Below, piece after piece: positions 38,574-47,705 of a stretch of 64,000 nucleotides of DNA. Source of the stretch: a virus (Duplodnaviria; Caudoviricetes); the IMG/VR virus record IMGVR_UViG_3300021962_000022; one strand, given 5' to 3'. The notes under the pieces are model-generated. The model did not search any database, was not told where the DNA came from, and saw nothing but the letters and a program-made list of their open reading frames with translations. Each line of letters starts with the position of its first letter. Position 1 is the first letter of the stretch. Position numbers and translations under genes: made by a program.

Positions 38574-39337
38574 AAGTTATAACTTTAACATTCGCCTATG
38601 ATATAAGCAAATTATTTGAAATTGGTAGATTTTGGGCCAAAGATGTTTATATCGATAAAGATTTTATATCTGATTATTCTGCCGCATCTTATGCTACTTT
38701 TTTACATACAAATCCGGATTTACAACTTCATTTATATACCGATGACATTGATTTAATTAGAGAAAAATTAAACCAATACAATGTAAATTTAAAAAATGTT
38801 GTTTATCATGATTATTCTGAAAAATTAAAATCATATGAAGGTAAATTAAAATATAGTTTTGATATTTTACATGATTTTATTATTGAGCAGAGAAGTAATA
38901 GTGAATACACGGTTAAAATTGATTGTGATTTATCATTTCGTAACAAGATACCAATGATGGATAATACAAGTAAAGATATTTTAGTTTGGAAATATGAAAG
39001 AATGTTATTTAACGGTGACCCTAGAATGGGTGAAATTAAATCATCAACGTTAAGTGTTGGTAACATTAATTATAAAATATTTAATGTTGGCTTATTGGGG
39101 ATACCACCAACATTTGAAATCGATGAATTGGATGGTGTGTATCGAAAAATGTCCGACGTTAATATTATGGATGTTTCAGATATAAAAGTAAATTCTTGGC
39201 ATTGTGCTGAACAAACATCTAAAAATTGGATTTTTCATAAATACAATTACAATGTCATTGAATCATATAACTTTGTTAATCATCATTTTGAAACCAAAAA
39301 AAAATGTATCGATGACGCCAAATATTTATTAAAATGA
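38570..39337 (+). CDS. Putative GT-A glycosyltransferase
   Basis: LYTDD, KIDCD, FNVGLLG, AEQ. Confidence 0.55.
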   Translation: MKVITLTFAYDISKLFEIGRFWAKDVYIDKDFISDYSAASYATFLHTNPDLQLHLYTDDIDLIREKLNQYNVNLKNVVYHDYSEKLKSYEGKLKYSFDILHDFIIEQRSNSEYTVKIDCDLSFRNKIPMMDNTSKDILVWKYERMLFNGDPRMGEIKSSTLSVGNINYKIFNVGLLGIPPTFEIDELDGVYRKMSDVNIMDVSDIKVNSWHCAEQTSKNWIFHKYNYNVIESYNFVNHHFETKKKCIDDAKYLLK

Positions 39338-40152
39338 TTACAATAATAACTACAGGTAGAGATGATGATTACGGACATGGATTTTTAGATAGACTGTATT
39401 CGTCAATAAAAAATAATATAGAAATACTGCACAGTTACAGTATCGAATACGAATATATTATTTGTGAATGGAATCCGGTAAAAGAACCCCTTTTGTACCA
39501 CGAAAAATTTAAAGAATTATTTGAAAAATATAATTTAAGAGAAGTAATAATTACAAATAGTGTTGTCGAAGAAGAACGGTTAAATCATAATATTTTTTAT
39601 GAATATTTTGCAAAAAACGTCGGTGTTAGAAACGCCAAATATGAAAATATATTAATAATTAATTCAGATATTGTTATTCCTTCAGAATCCTTTTCAATTA
39701 TCATCGATAACATTAAAAATGGTTTAGAAAAAGATAAATTTTATAGATTAGAGTTCAGAGAACAAATAGATAATGATTTTAATTTTATTAAGATAGAATC
39801 TGTTTATCACCCGTCTAATCCTGATTCAGTAATATGTGGATATTGTTCTGGTGATTTTTTACTAACAAATAAAAATAGCTTTGTTGAATTTGGGATGGGA
39901 TATGACGAAACAAATTTTGCTCATAGAACCATTTCACAAACAGGTATGGATGGTGAAATATTATGGAATATGTACAATAATGGTATGAGAATAAAATTAA
40001 TTCCGACTAAGTATATGCACATAAATCACGGTAAACCTAACCCATATGATAATTACTATAATGATAAAGGATATATAAATAAGAGTAATTGGGGGTTTAT
40101 TGATTATGAACATGATGAAGTTTCAAATAAATTAATGATTATAAAAAAATGA
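39334..40152 (+). CDS. GT2-like glycosyltransferase
   Basis: TTGRDDDYG, KNVGVRNA, NSDIV, GDF, HINH. Confidence 0.75.
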   Translation: MITIITTGRDDDYGHGFLDRLYSSIKNNIEILHSYSIEYEYIICEWNPVKEPLLYHEKFKELFEKYNLREVIITNSVVEEERLNHNIFYEYFAKNVGVRNAKYENILIINSDIVIPSESFSIIIDNIKNGLEKDKFYRLEFREQIDNDFNFIKIESVYHPSNPDSVICGYCSGDFLLTNKNSFVEFGMGYDETNFAHRTISQTGMDGEILWNMYNNGMRIKLIPTKYMHINHGKPNPYDNYYNDKGYINKSNWGFIDYEHDEVSNKLMIIKK

Positions 40153-41078
40153 AAAAATTTATAGTAACAACAACAATTAATAAACCTACCGTAGCGACCT
40201 TAAAATTTGCGGAAATATCAGACAGAGATAATTGGACTTTTGTAATTGTAGGTGACACAAAGACCCCACATGATGAGTATGAGAAATTAGTTTCATCACA
40301 TAAAAATGTTGTTTATTTATCACCAAATCAACAAGAGAAGTTGTATCCCGAAATCAGTAAATTAATTGGTTGGGGTACAATACAAAGGAGAAACATTGGG
40401 TTTATTTATTCATACCACAACGGCGCAGACATTATGTCGACCATAGATGATGACAACATACCATATGATAATTGGGGTCAAAATAATGTGGGTAAGGAAA
40501 TTGAAGTTGACCTTTATGAACCCCAATTAAATGTATTTGACCCATTGTCAATTACCCGAGATAACTATCTGTGGCATCGAGGTTACCCAATCGAATACTT
40601 ACAAAAAAGATTTCAAGTTGAGTACAAGGGTAAAATAAAAAGAAAAGTATTGGTTCAAGCGGATTTGTGGGATGGTGACCCTGATATTGATGCATTAGCA
40701 AGACTAACATATAAACCAATCGTTAAATATTCTGACGTGGTTCACCCATATTGTTCGAATAAAATATCACCATTTAATTCTCAAAATACGTTTCTTGATA
40801 GGTCTGTGATTCCCGTTTATTCGGTTTTACCATTTATTGGTAGAATGGATGATATTTGGGGGGCTTACATACTCCAACACTATTTTCCCAATTCTGTGAT
40901 TTATTCACCCGCCAGTGTTTATCAAGACAGAAATTCTCAGGATTTAATTACCAACTTAGAAAAAGAAATCATTGGGTATAGAGATACTTTAAACCTGATT
41001 AATAATTTAGAGAATTTTGAAAAAATAATACCAAAAGAGACACTTAATTTTTATAATTTATACAAAAAACAATTTTAA
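40149..41078 (+). CDS. STELLO/DUF288 (RGP/GT75-related) protein
   Basis: IVTTTIN, VGDTKTP, RRNIGF, IDDDN, DGDPDIDA, FNSQNT, RMDDIW. Confidence 0.75.
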   Translation: MKKFIVTTTINKPTVATLKFAEISDRDNWTFVIVGDTKTPHDEYEKLVSSHKNVVYLSPNQQEKLYPEISKLIGWGTIQRRNIGFIYSYHNGADIMSTIDDDNIPYDNWGQNNVGKEIEVDLYEPQLNVFDPLSITRDNYLWHRGYPIEYLQKRFQVEYKGKIKRKVLVQADLWDGDPDIDALARLTYKPIVKYSDVVHPYCSNKISPFNSQNTFLDRSVIPVYSVLPFIGRMDDIWGAYILQHYFPNSVIYSPASVYQDRNSQDLITNLEKEIIGYRDTLNLINNLENFEKIIPKETLNFYNLYKKQF

Positions 41079-42080
41079 ATGAAAAAAGTATTAGTACTAG
41101 GAGGTGGAGGTTTTATTGGTGGTCACCTTGCAAAAAGATTAAAGAATGAAGGAAACTATGTTAGAGTAGTTGACATAAAAAGACACGAATACTTTGACGA
41201 GAAGGACTTTTGTGATGAATTCATAGTTGGAGACCTAAGAGACCCTAAAGTTGTCTCAGAATCAATTGATGAGGGTATGGATGAAGTTTATCAACTTGCT
41301 GCTGACATGGGTGGTGCTGGGTATATTTTTACCGGTGATAATGACGCGAATGTGATGCACAACTCATCGTTAATTAATTTAAATGTTGTCCATGAGTGTG
41401 CTAAGAAAAATGTAAAGAAAGTTTTTTACTCATCATCGGCATGTATGTACCCCGAACACAACCAACTTGACCCTGATAACCCAAATTGTGAAGAATCTTC
41501 GGCTTATCCCGCGAATCCCGATTCGGAATATGGATGGGAAAAATTGTTCTCTGAAAGGTTGTTTTTAGCGTTTAATAGGAACTATGGATTGGATGTCCGT
41601 ATTGGTAGATTCCACAATATCTTTGGTCCTTATGGTACTTGGAAAGGTGGTAAGGAGAAAGCACCAGCAGCAATGTGTAGGAAAGTTTCCGAAATGTTGG
41701 ATGGTGGTGAAATTGAAGTGTGGGGTGACGGTCAACAAACTCGTTCATTTTTATATGTTGACGAATGTGTTGAAGCGGTGCTAAGACTAATGAATCAAAA
41801 TGAATTTTTAGGACCTGTTAATATTGGTTCGGAAGAAAAGATTACCATAAATGATTTAGCACAAATGGCAATAGATATCTCAGGAAAAGAGATTTATATA
41901 AGAAACATTGGTGGGGAAGAATTTAAGGAAAAGTATGGTTACAAATGTCCTGTCGGTGTACGTGGACGAAACTCAGATAACAAACTTTATTTAGAAAAAA
42001 TAGGATGGGTTGTTAATGAACCATTATACAATGGTATGGTAAAAACCTACGAATGGATTCAAACAATGGTTGAGAAATAA
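41079..42080 (+). CDS. GDP-mannose 3,5-epimerase-like SDR
   Basis: GGGGFIG, LAADMGGAGYI, SSSACMYP, AYPANPDSEYGWEK, EKAPAAMCRK, GVRGRNSDN. Confidence 0.88.
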   Translation: MKKVLVLGGGGFIGGHLAKRLKNEGNYVRVVDIKRHEYFDEKDFCDEFIVGDLRDPKVVSESIDEGMDEVYQLAADMGGAGYIFTGDNDANVMHNSSLINLNVVHECAKKNVKKVFYSSSACMYPEHNQLDPDNPNCEESSAYPANPDSEYGWEKLFSERLFLAFNRNYGLDVRIGRFHNIFGPYGTWKGGKEKAPAAMCRKVSEMLDGGEIEVWGDGQQTRSFLYVDECVEAVLRLMNQNEFLGPVNIGSEEKITINDLAQMAIDISGKEIYIRNIGGEEFKEKYGYKCPVGVRGRNSDNKLYLEKIGWVVNEPLYNGMVKTYEWIQTMVEK

Positions 42081-42110
42081 AAAAGGGGGTTATTGACCCC
42101 CTTCTTCTTT
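42081..42110. terminator. Convergent terminator
   Basis: AAGGGGGT-TATTG-ACCCCCTT between convergent genes. Confidence 0.7.
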
Positions 42111-42383
42111 TTGAATGTATTTTAATATTATCTCCACCGCTTCGTTATCATCTTTGAAATCTTTCTGTGGTGCGAAAAAAGGTCCCTTACCAGTATCATC
42201 TTTTTTAATGTAGAAAGCCGGAAGATACTCGTTACCTGTTTGGTCGATAACTTTATTCCATAATTCTTTATTTTTACCAACCTCAACTTCTCTATATGGT
42301 AGTGATTCTTTTTGTAATCTTTCTTTGAGGTTCTTACAACTACCACATCCCTCTAATGTAAACAATAATAATTCGTTTGCCAT
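42090..42383 (-). CDS. Glutaredoxin-like protein
   Basis: LEGCGSC, LPAF. Confidence 0.8.
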   Translation of the reverse strand: MANELLLFTLEGCGSCKNLKERLQKESLPYREVEVGKNKELWNKVIDQTGNEYLPAFYIKKDDTGKGPFFAPQKDFKDDNEAVEIILKYIQKEEGGQ

Positions 42384-42384
42384 A

Positions 42385-42690
42385 TTATAAAGAATTTAAT
42401 GTTTCCTTGTAAAAAGAATCAGGTCTGACACCTGAAGTTCTCGATACTTCGTTATCCCCATTAAAAATTATCACTGTGGGTACAGAACGAACACCATATT
42501 CTTGTGAACCTTGTTGGTTCGAATCAACGTCAACTTTGACAAATTTAACGTCAGGGTACTCGTGTTGTAAAAGTTCTAATCTTGGTAATAACATTTTACA
42601 TGGTCCACACCAAGACGCGTAAAAATCGGCAAGTACTTTCTCACCATTTTGTTTCATTTCATTTAATTTTTCTACTGTAATTAATTCCAT
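42385..42690 (-). CDS. trxA: Thioredoxin
   Basis: DFYASWCGPC, VRSVPT. Confidence 0.92.
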   Translation of the reverse strand: MELITVEKLNEMKQNGEKVLADFYASWCGPCKMLLPRLELLQHEYPDVKFVKVDVDSNQQGSQEYGVRSVPTVIIFNGDNEVSRTSGVRPDSFYKETLNSL

Positions 42691-42694
42691 TTTT

Positions 42695-43771
42695 TTAATT
42701 GTTTTTAAATCCTATTTGTGTTTTATTTTCAACTCGAGCTAAATCCTCGTCGATATGATAAATATCTGCAAGACTTGTCGGTTTGTCAACTGTTTTTGTT
42801 TTACCTAAGTGTTTTAATAGTTTGTTTGAATTCTCAACACTAAGTGGTGTGAATTTATGTTCACAGATTAACCTACCTTTCCTTAAAAGTGCCTTATCAA
42901 TTTTCTCTTTTTTCATATTGAACGTGGCAACAATTTGAATGTTTAGACAGTCACCTAAAATTCCATCGGTTATGTTTAATATATTTGATACACCAGCGGA
43001 AGAACCGTTTATCTCTCTGTCAGAAATTACTTTTTCGGCGTCCTCAATAATTAAAATGGAATTTTTATGTTCCATTAAAAATGGTATAATTGAGGGTTCT
43101 GATAAAGATTCCGCCATAGAAGGTGGTATGAACAAAATCTCTTTTTCTTTTATTAGTCTTGTGAGGTATTTTATATAGGATGTTTTTCCTGTACCTGGGT
43201 CTCCGTGAAAAAGAATAATACCTTTATCATTCATGTTGTTCAATCTTTTAACTATGGTTTCGTGAATTTTAGAAAATTCTTGACCATAATTTAATTCCAC
43301 ATCAACATCAGGTACGTTCAGTTCATAATCTTCAGTGTCCATGTGACCATGCTCGGACTTAACCAAACTAATACCACTTTTCTTCAAAACCACTTCAAAC
43401 TCCGATATTTTTTGTACATCAAAATTTGATTCAAAACTACCGTTTATGAGTGTATAATAACATTCGATTTCGAAAAGTAAGGTGTCTTTTTCGTATTTTG
43501 ATTTTAACAATACTCCGGTTTTATTCTTATCATTGAATAAAAGAGTCTCAGTATTTAATTTTTGTGCTCTTCTTCTGTTTACCGTATTTACTTCGGTCAA
43601 TAGTGTAAAGCCATTTGATATCAAATATTCTTTGATATCAAGTTTATAGGTCTTCTCCATCTTATATAATGAAGGTATTTCATCAAACATGTGTAAAAAC
43701 AATTGATGAACTGGCATGTCATTACCATAAGAGGTTTCATAAATAAAATAATTTTCTGGCGTCTTTCTCAT
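42695..43771 (-). CDS. AAA+ ATPase
   Basis: HGDPGTGKT, LIIEDAE, ATFN, ALLRKGRL. Confidence 0.9.
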   Translation of the reverse strand: MRKTPENYFIYETSYGNDMPVHQLFLHMFDEIPSLYKMEKTYKLDIKEYLISNGFTLLTEVNTVNRRRAQKLNTETLLFNDKNKTGVLLKSKYEKDTLLFEIECYYTLINGSFESNFDVQKISEFEVVLKKSGISLVKSEHGHMDTEDYELNVPDVDVELNYGQEFSKIHETIVKRLNNMNDKGIILFHGDPGTGKTSYIKYLTRLIKEKEILFIPPSMAESLSEPSIIPFLMEHKNSILIIEDAEKVISDREINGSSAGVSNILNITDGILGDCLNIQIVATFNMKKEKIDKALLRKGRLICEHKFTPLSVENSNKLLKHLGKTKTVDKPTSLADIYHIDEDLARVENKTQIGFKNN

Positions 43772-44061
43772 TTCTTAAATATAAATTTCAAATCAGTTGA
43801 TTCATAAAAATAAATTCCCTCGTACTCACTATCCTCAACTTTTTTGAAAATCATCAGTGATATTCTTAAAAACTCAAGTTGTTCTTGTGTTAATTGTGGT
43901 TCCCCCATTTTTCTAAAATTGTTTTCCGCAACTTTTAAAATACCACTATAAAATTCATCTTCATTTAATTCAGACAAAAAGTATTTTCTGGCATCTTCAT
44001 TATTTTGAAAATAATTTTTTATTGTTTGCAAATATATTAAACTTTCAGGGGAAAATTCCAT
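43768..44061 (-). CDS. Hypothetical protein
   Basis: 97-aa ORF coupled to the AAA gene. Confidence 0.7.
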   Translation of the reverse strand: MEFSPESLIYLQTIKNYFQNNEDARKYFLSELNEDEFYSGILKVAENNFRKMGEPQLTQEQLEFLRISLMIFKKVEDSEYEGIYFYESTDLKFIFKK

Positions 44062-44063
44062 TT

Positions 44064-44954
44064 TTAATAATTCATAATCAGTAATTCAATACCCTCATTT
44101 TGAGTTCCGTCTTTCTTCGCAGCTGCGGCCTTTTTAAATGTTTCTTTGGCCCATTTAAAACCAGTTGGTTCAAACATCAATAACTGTCCGTTTTTACCGA
44201 CCCCAACCCCATTTTCGGGAAACCATTCGTGTAGTTGTTTAAACTCGTAATATGATAAACTAAACTTACCTTGTATACCTTTAAGAGTGTTTGCTAATCT
44301 TTCGTGGTCGTTACTATCAAAATCGTGATTGGAGTAATAGTTTTCTGTTTTCCAATATGGTGGGTCCATATAAAAATAAGTTTTCGGTGAGTCATATTTC
44401 TCAACGACTTTTTGGAAATCCATATTTTCTACAAATGTGATTCTATCTAAATGTGCCCTATATTCAGGATGTTTTAATTTATCCATGAATATGAGGACCT
44501 TACATCTATACTTACCCTTGTAATCGGTGTAACTAGATGTTTCGGGTTTTGAACCTGAGAATACTTGGGTTAATACATAAACATACTTAGCAGCAACATC
44601 AAAATTTGGTTCGTCACCAATGACAAGTTCATTATCAAAGACTTCTTTTTGATAAGTTCGAAACATTTGTTCATACTCAGGTGGTGTGTCTTCAACCCCC
44701 AATTGTTGACAAGGGTATTTTGATAACTCTTCCCACAACCTATCATAGTGTTTTGCACATTTAAAAAGATTTGCGTTCAAACGATTAAAGTCATTATAAA
44801 CCACGGTTTTAAGATTAGGGTACTTTTTAAGGTCCATATTAAAAAAGACCCAGAACATACCCGAAAACCCCTCTACGTAGGTTTCAATGTCGTTAGGTAT
44901 GAATGGAACAATCCATTTACCAATTCTAGCTTTTCCTCCGATGTATGATATCAT
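44064..44954 (-). CDS. Dam-family (alpha-class) DNA adenine methyltransferase (orphan)
   Basis: YIGGKA, YVEGFSG, VYND, YMDPPY, LSYY, ELLIMNY. Confidence 0.92.
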   Translation of the reverse strand: MISYIGGKARIGKWIVPFIPNDIETYVEGFSGMFWVFFNMDLKKYPNLKTVVYNDFNRLNANLFKCAKHYDRLWEELSKYPCQQLGVEDTPPEYEQMFRTYQKEVFDNELVIGDEPNFDVAAKYVYVLTQVFSGSKPETSSYTDYKGKYRCKVLIFMDKLKHPEYRAHLDRITFVENMDFQKVVEKYDSPKTYFYMDPPYWKTENYYSNHDFDSNDHERLANTLKGIQGKFSLSYYEFKQLHEWFPENGVGVGKNGQLLMFEPTGFKWAKETFKKAAAAKKDGTQNEGIELLIMNY

Positions 44955-45040
44955 TTATTGTTTTAAATTTTGCGTTATTCTTCCTCTAACTATAAAAATA
45001 TAAGAAACTTTTTTTGAAAATGGAAATCTGGCTCAAACTT

Positions 45041-45208
45041 TTATTTTACCGGTTCAGATTTGGTTTTACCACCCTTCTGTCTTTTTCTTCTTGCGGCACA
45101 GTGTGCTTTTTGAGAAAAACCTTTTGGGTTACTACAATCAATGGTCTTCTTATATTTCATTGACCATTTTTCCACCACTAAGTCTTCCAATAATTCCATT
45201 AATTTCAT
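45041..45208 (-). CDS. Small basic Cys/His protein (55 aa)
   Basis: Read manually: MKLMELLEDLVVEKWSMKYKKTIDCSNPKGFSQKAHCAARRKR...; TATTTAT at 45213-45219. Confidence 0.75.
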   Translation of the reverse strand: MKLMELLEDLVVEKWSMKYKKTIDCSNPKGFSQKAHCAARRKRQKGGKTKSEPVK

Positions 45209-45245
45209 ATTGATAAATACTTATTTATTACTTATTTTTTATATT

Positions 45246-45410
45246 ATGGGATGTTCAAGTTGTAAACAAAAGAAAGAAACAGTGGCACCAACAAAGGAGT
45301 CGTTGGAGAGATTGGCGCAGAAAACTGAGAAGGTTGTATATTGGTCATTTGTTGTGTGGAGTGTCTTCGCTGTTTATGGTATATACAGTTTCATTAAACT
45401 CTTTCTATGA
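45246..45410 (+). CDS. Small membrane protein with Cys-rich N-terminus
   Basis: MGCSSCKQKK... C-terminal TM; ATG 45246; TATTTAT at 45222-45228. Confidence 0.7.
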   Translation: MGCSSCKQKKETVAPTKESLERLAQKTEKVVYWSFVVWSVFAVYGIYSFIKLFL

Positions 45411-46045
45411 AGAATGGGAAATATTTTATAGTTCTTTTTTGTAATAAAAAAAGAGTCAAGATTTTATACAGGTGTCAGAAAAAGGCAACTGTGTACGATT
45501 ATTGGCATGAATATAAAACAGAAAAGAAACCAAGGTTTGTTAAAACACAAAACAGAAAAAGAAACAATGAGGTTGTTTACGAGTTGGCGTTAATTTTCCC
45601 AAATAATAGGTGGGCAACAAAGACTTTTGTAAAAGATAGTTTAGGTCGTTTGATTGAGGCCAAATACGAGGATGATAAATTCAGGATAAAAGAAATAATT
45701 CCGTATTGGAAAGAGGAACTAATATACGACCTACAGAAAAAGACAAGAGTTCGTTATCATGAAATATTGGAACAAATAATGTCTATAAATGAGATTGGTC
45801 AAATATTCACATTGAACAATAAATTATTTGTTCAAAACGACGACAATATACTTTTGTTTGGAAATAAAAATATACGTGATTCAAAAAGACTGTTTGAATT
45901 AATCAGAGAAGATGTTCTGAGAAAGAAGAAGGGTAATTTTATTTTTGTGAAGGATGTGTCAACAGCTCAAAGAAAAATACTTTATCAATTACTTGAATCG
46001 AAAGGGTTTAAAAAATCAGAATTGTTTAGGCACTATTCTTATTAA
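45407..46045 (+). CDS. Basic hypothetical protein
   Basis: 212-aa Lys-rich ORF, ATGA-coupled. Confidence 0.75.
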   Translation: MKNGKYFIVLFCNKKRVKILYRCQKKATVYDYWHEYKTEKKPRFVKTQNRKRNNEVVYELALIFPNNRWATKTFVKDSLGRLIEAKYEDDKFRIKEIIPYWKEELIYDLQKKTRVRYHEILEQIMSINEIGQIFTLNNKLFVQNDDNILLFGNKNIRDSKRLFELIREDVLRKKKGNFIFVKDVSTAQRKILYQLLESKGFKKSELFRHYSY

Positions 46046-46265
46046 AGATAATGTCCACTTCCCCAATCTTTATTGTAAAAGTTTTATCGGGTTTTGACAT
46101 CCTACCATTTTGTTTTCTTGATATGTAATCAAAGGTTTCAAAAAAGGCATCCTTATTCAACTCAAAAACTAACGTATTTGATGTTGCATCCAAATTCATT
46201 TTTTCAATTAAATCGGATATAATGGCTAATTGATTTATTAAATCACCCTTTTTTTCCATATCCAA
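46026..46265 (-). CDS. Hypothetical protein
   Basis: 79-aa ORF. Confidence 0.65.
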   Translation of the reverse strand: MDMEKKGDLINQLAIISDLIEKMNLDATSNTLVFELNKDAFFETFDYISRKQNGRMSKPDKTFTIKIGEVDIIFNKNSA

Positions 46266-46449
46266 AAATTATCGATAACTTTTTAAAAAATGTAAGTTTT
46301 TCTTTTTTTGGGGCTTCAAACATTTTGGTTTTATCCAACTTTTTGATTTCCTCAATCATTTGATTCTTGTGGGACTGTATCTCCTTGGAGTCCTTCTCCG
46401 ATTCTCTCTTCAACCAATCTAATCCCTGTTGTATTCTCTTGTTTTGCAT
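46243..46449 (-). CDS. Hypothetical coiled-coil protein
   Basis: 68 aa, overlaps 3' end of upstream ORF. Confidence 0.55.
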   Translation of the reverse strand: MQNKRIQQGLDWLKRESEKDSKEIQSHKNQMIEEIKKLDKTKMFEAPKKEKLTFFKKLSIIFGYGKKG

Positions 46450-46807
46450 CCTTAATAAATGATATATCTTTTAACTTATCAAGTGACTGGTGTTGAAACA
46501 ATACTTCCAACTCTTTAATTTTTTGTTGTAGTAGTTTTTGTTTCTCCTCCATTTCTTTATTCGTTGTGATTATTTCTTTAGCGCAAGAAAAAACTACATC
46601 GTATCCATCTGCAGTTGCGTTACTTATCAAAGAAACTAAAGTGAACTTCTCATTCTTGTCTTGTACTTTGTATTTAATGGATTTATATAACGAAATAATT
46701 GACTCGATTTTCCAAGTTGCAGGAAGTTTAATGTCTAAACTTACGTTATTATCTATTTCCCTTAAGGAAAAAAAATACGGTCTTAGATGTCTTATATTAT
46801 CAAACAT
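46352..46807 (-). CDS. Hypothetical protein
   Basis: 151 aa, SLDIKLPATW, coiled-coil tail. Confidence 0.7.
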   Translation of the reverse strand: MFDNIRHLRPYFFSLREIDNNVSLDIKLPATWKIESIISLYKSIKYKVQDKNEKFTLVSLISNATADGYDVVFSCAKEIITTNKEMEEKQKLLQQKIKELEVLFQHQSLDKLKDISFIKDAKQENTTGIRLVEERIGEGLQGDTVPQESND

Positions 46808-46991
46808 TTGGCCACCTGATTATGAATGTTATTATATATGATATTGATAGATAAAGAAAAGTCTTATCTACCTGTGAAAGTTGCATTATAGATGGTTCAT
46901 CAGAGAATAGTTTAATCACAAACTCTGAAACAAATCTAAGTAAGTATACTATACTTAAAACCATTAAAAATACTAAAATATTAAGCATCAT
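46800..46991 (-). CDS. Small two-TM membrane protein
   Basis: Hydrophobic 63 aa. Confidence 0.65.
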   Translation of the reverse strand: MMLNILVFLMVLSIVYLLRFVSEFVIKLFSDEPSIMQLSQVDKTFLYLSISYIITFIIRWPNV

Positions 46992-47163
46992 GTTTTTTTA
47001 TTTCTTGTAAAAGTTCTTTTCTGTAAAGAGGAATGAGCTCCTTTATTTCTTGAGCATATTTTCTTGCTCTAATAGATGCACTCCTGTTACCTTTTTCGAA
47101 AACTTTAGTAGTGTCAACAGACATTCTTTCTACCAAGTCTTTGATTTTTTTAAGTGTGTCCAT
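46981..47163 (-). CDS. Histone-H1-like (Hc1/Bacteroides type) DNA-binding protein
   Basis: EKGNRSASIRARK resembles the GNKAAGxRARK signature. Confidence 0.72.
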   Translation of the reverse strand: MDTLKKIKDLVERMSVDTTKVFEKGNRSASIRARKYAQEIKELIPLYRKELLQEIKKHDA

Positions 47164-47181
47164 TTTTCCGATTTTATATAT

Positions 47182-47210
47182 AGTATACGGAAAATAAACT
47201 ACTTTTTCAA
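47182..47210 (-). promoter_or_regulatory. Sigma-70-consensus promoter
   Basis: TTGAAA-N17-TATACT. Confidence 0.75.
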
Positions 47211-47663
47211 GTTTTGTTCGAATAATTTATAAATTTCAGTTAGGATGTCTAATTCAGACCTTGACTTACGATATCTGAAATCAAATAATTTGTAAAAATA
47301 TTCAGATATTCTTGTTTCTTTTTCTTCGAATTTCACAAAATAATATGCCTCAAAGAAAAAGTTCCACATGTACTCATAGTGGGTACCCTTCTCCTTGAAG
47401 AATATTTTTTCTTTATCAAAATTTGTGATTATTCTATTCCAACACCAATTAAAGTGATTTCTTTGGTCCAATTCGTCATAAAGAACGTCGGCACCCAAAA
47501 AGGTATCATCAACTAAATTGTATAAAGAGGATAAGAAATCATAAAATAATATAATCTTATCTCTGTTGATGTTGTAGGTTCTATACCAAATGTCTATTTG
47601 ATGTCTATATTTTTCAGATATATCTGACTCAATATATTCTTCTCTATTTTCCATAATCCTCAT
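47199..47663 (-). CDS. Hypothetical aromatic-rich protein
   Basis: 154-aa ORF. Confidence 0.75.
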   Translation of the reverse strand: MRIMENREEYIESDISEKYRHQIDIWYRTYNINRDKIILFYDFLSSLYNLVDDTFLGADVLYDELDQRNHFNWCWNRIITNFDKEKIFFKEKGTHYEYMWNFFFEAYYFVKFEEKETRISEYFYKLFDFRYRKSRSELDILTEIYKLFEQNLKK

Positions 47664-47705
47664 TAATTATAATATAAGGATAAAAGAAAATAAAAAAAAG
47701 AAAAA

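Noticed and set aside
29071-42080. Bacterial O-antigen/capsule locus (host contamination)
   Set aside because: No flippase, polymerase or chain-length genes; coupled to a gp23-like fragment; same composition and apparent GATC depletion as the flanks.
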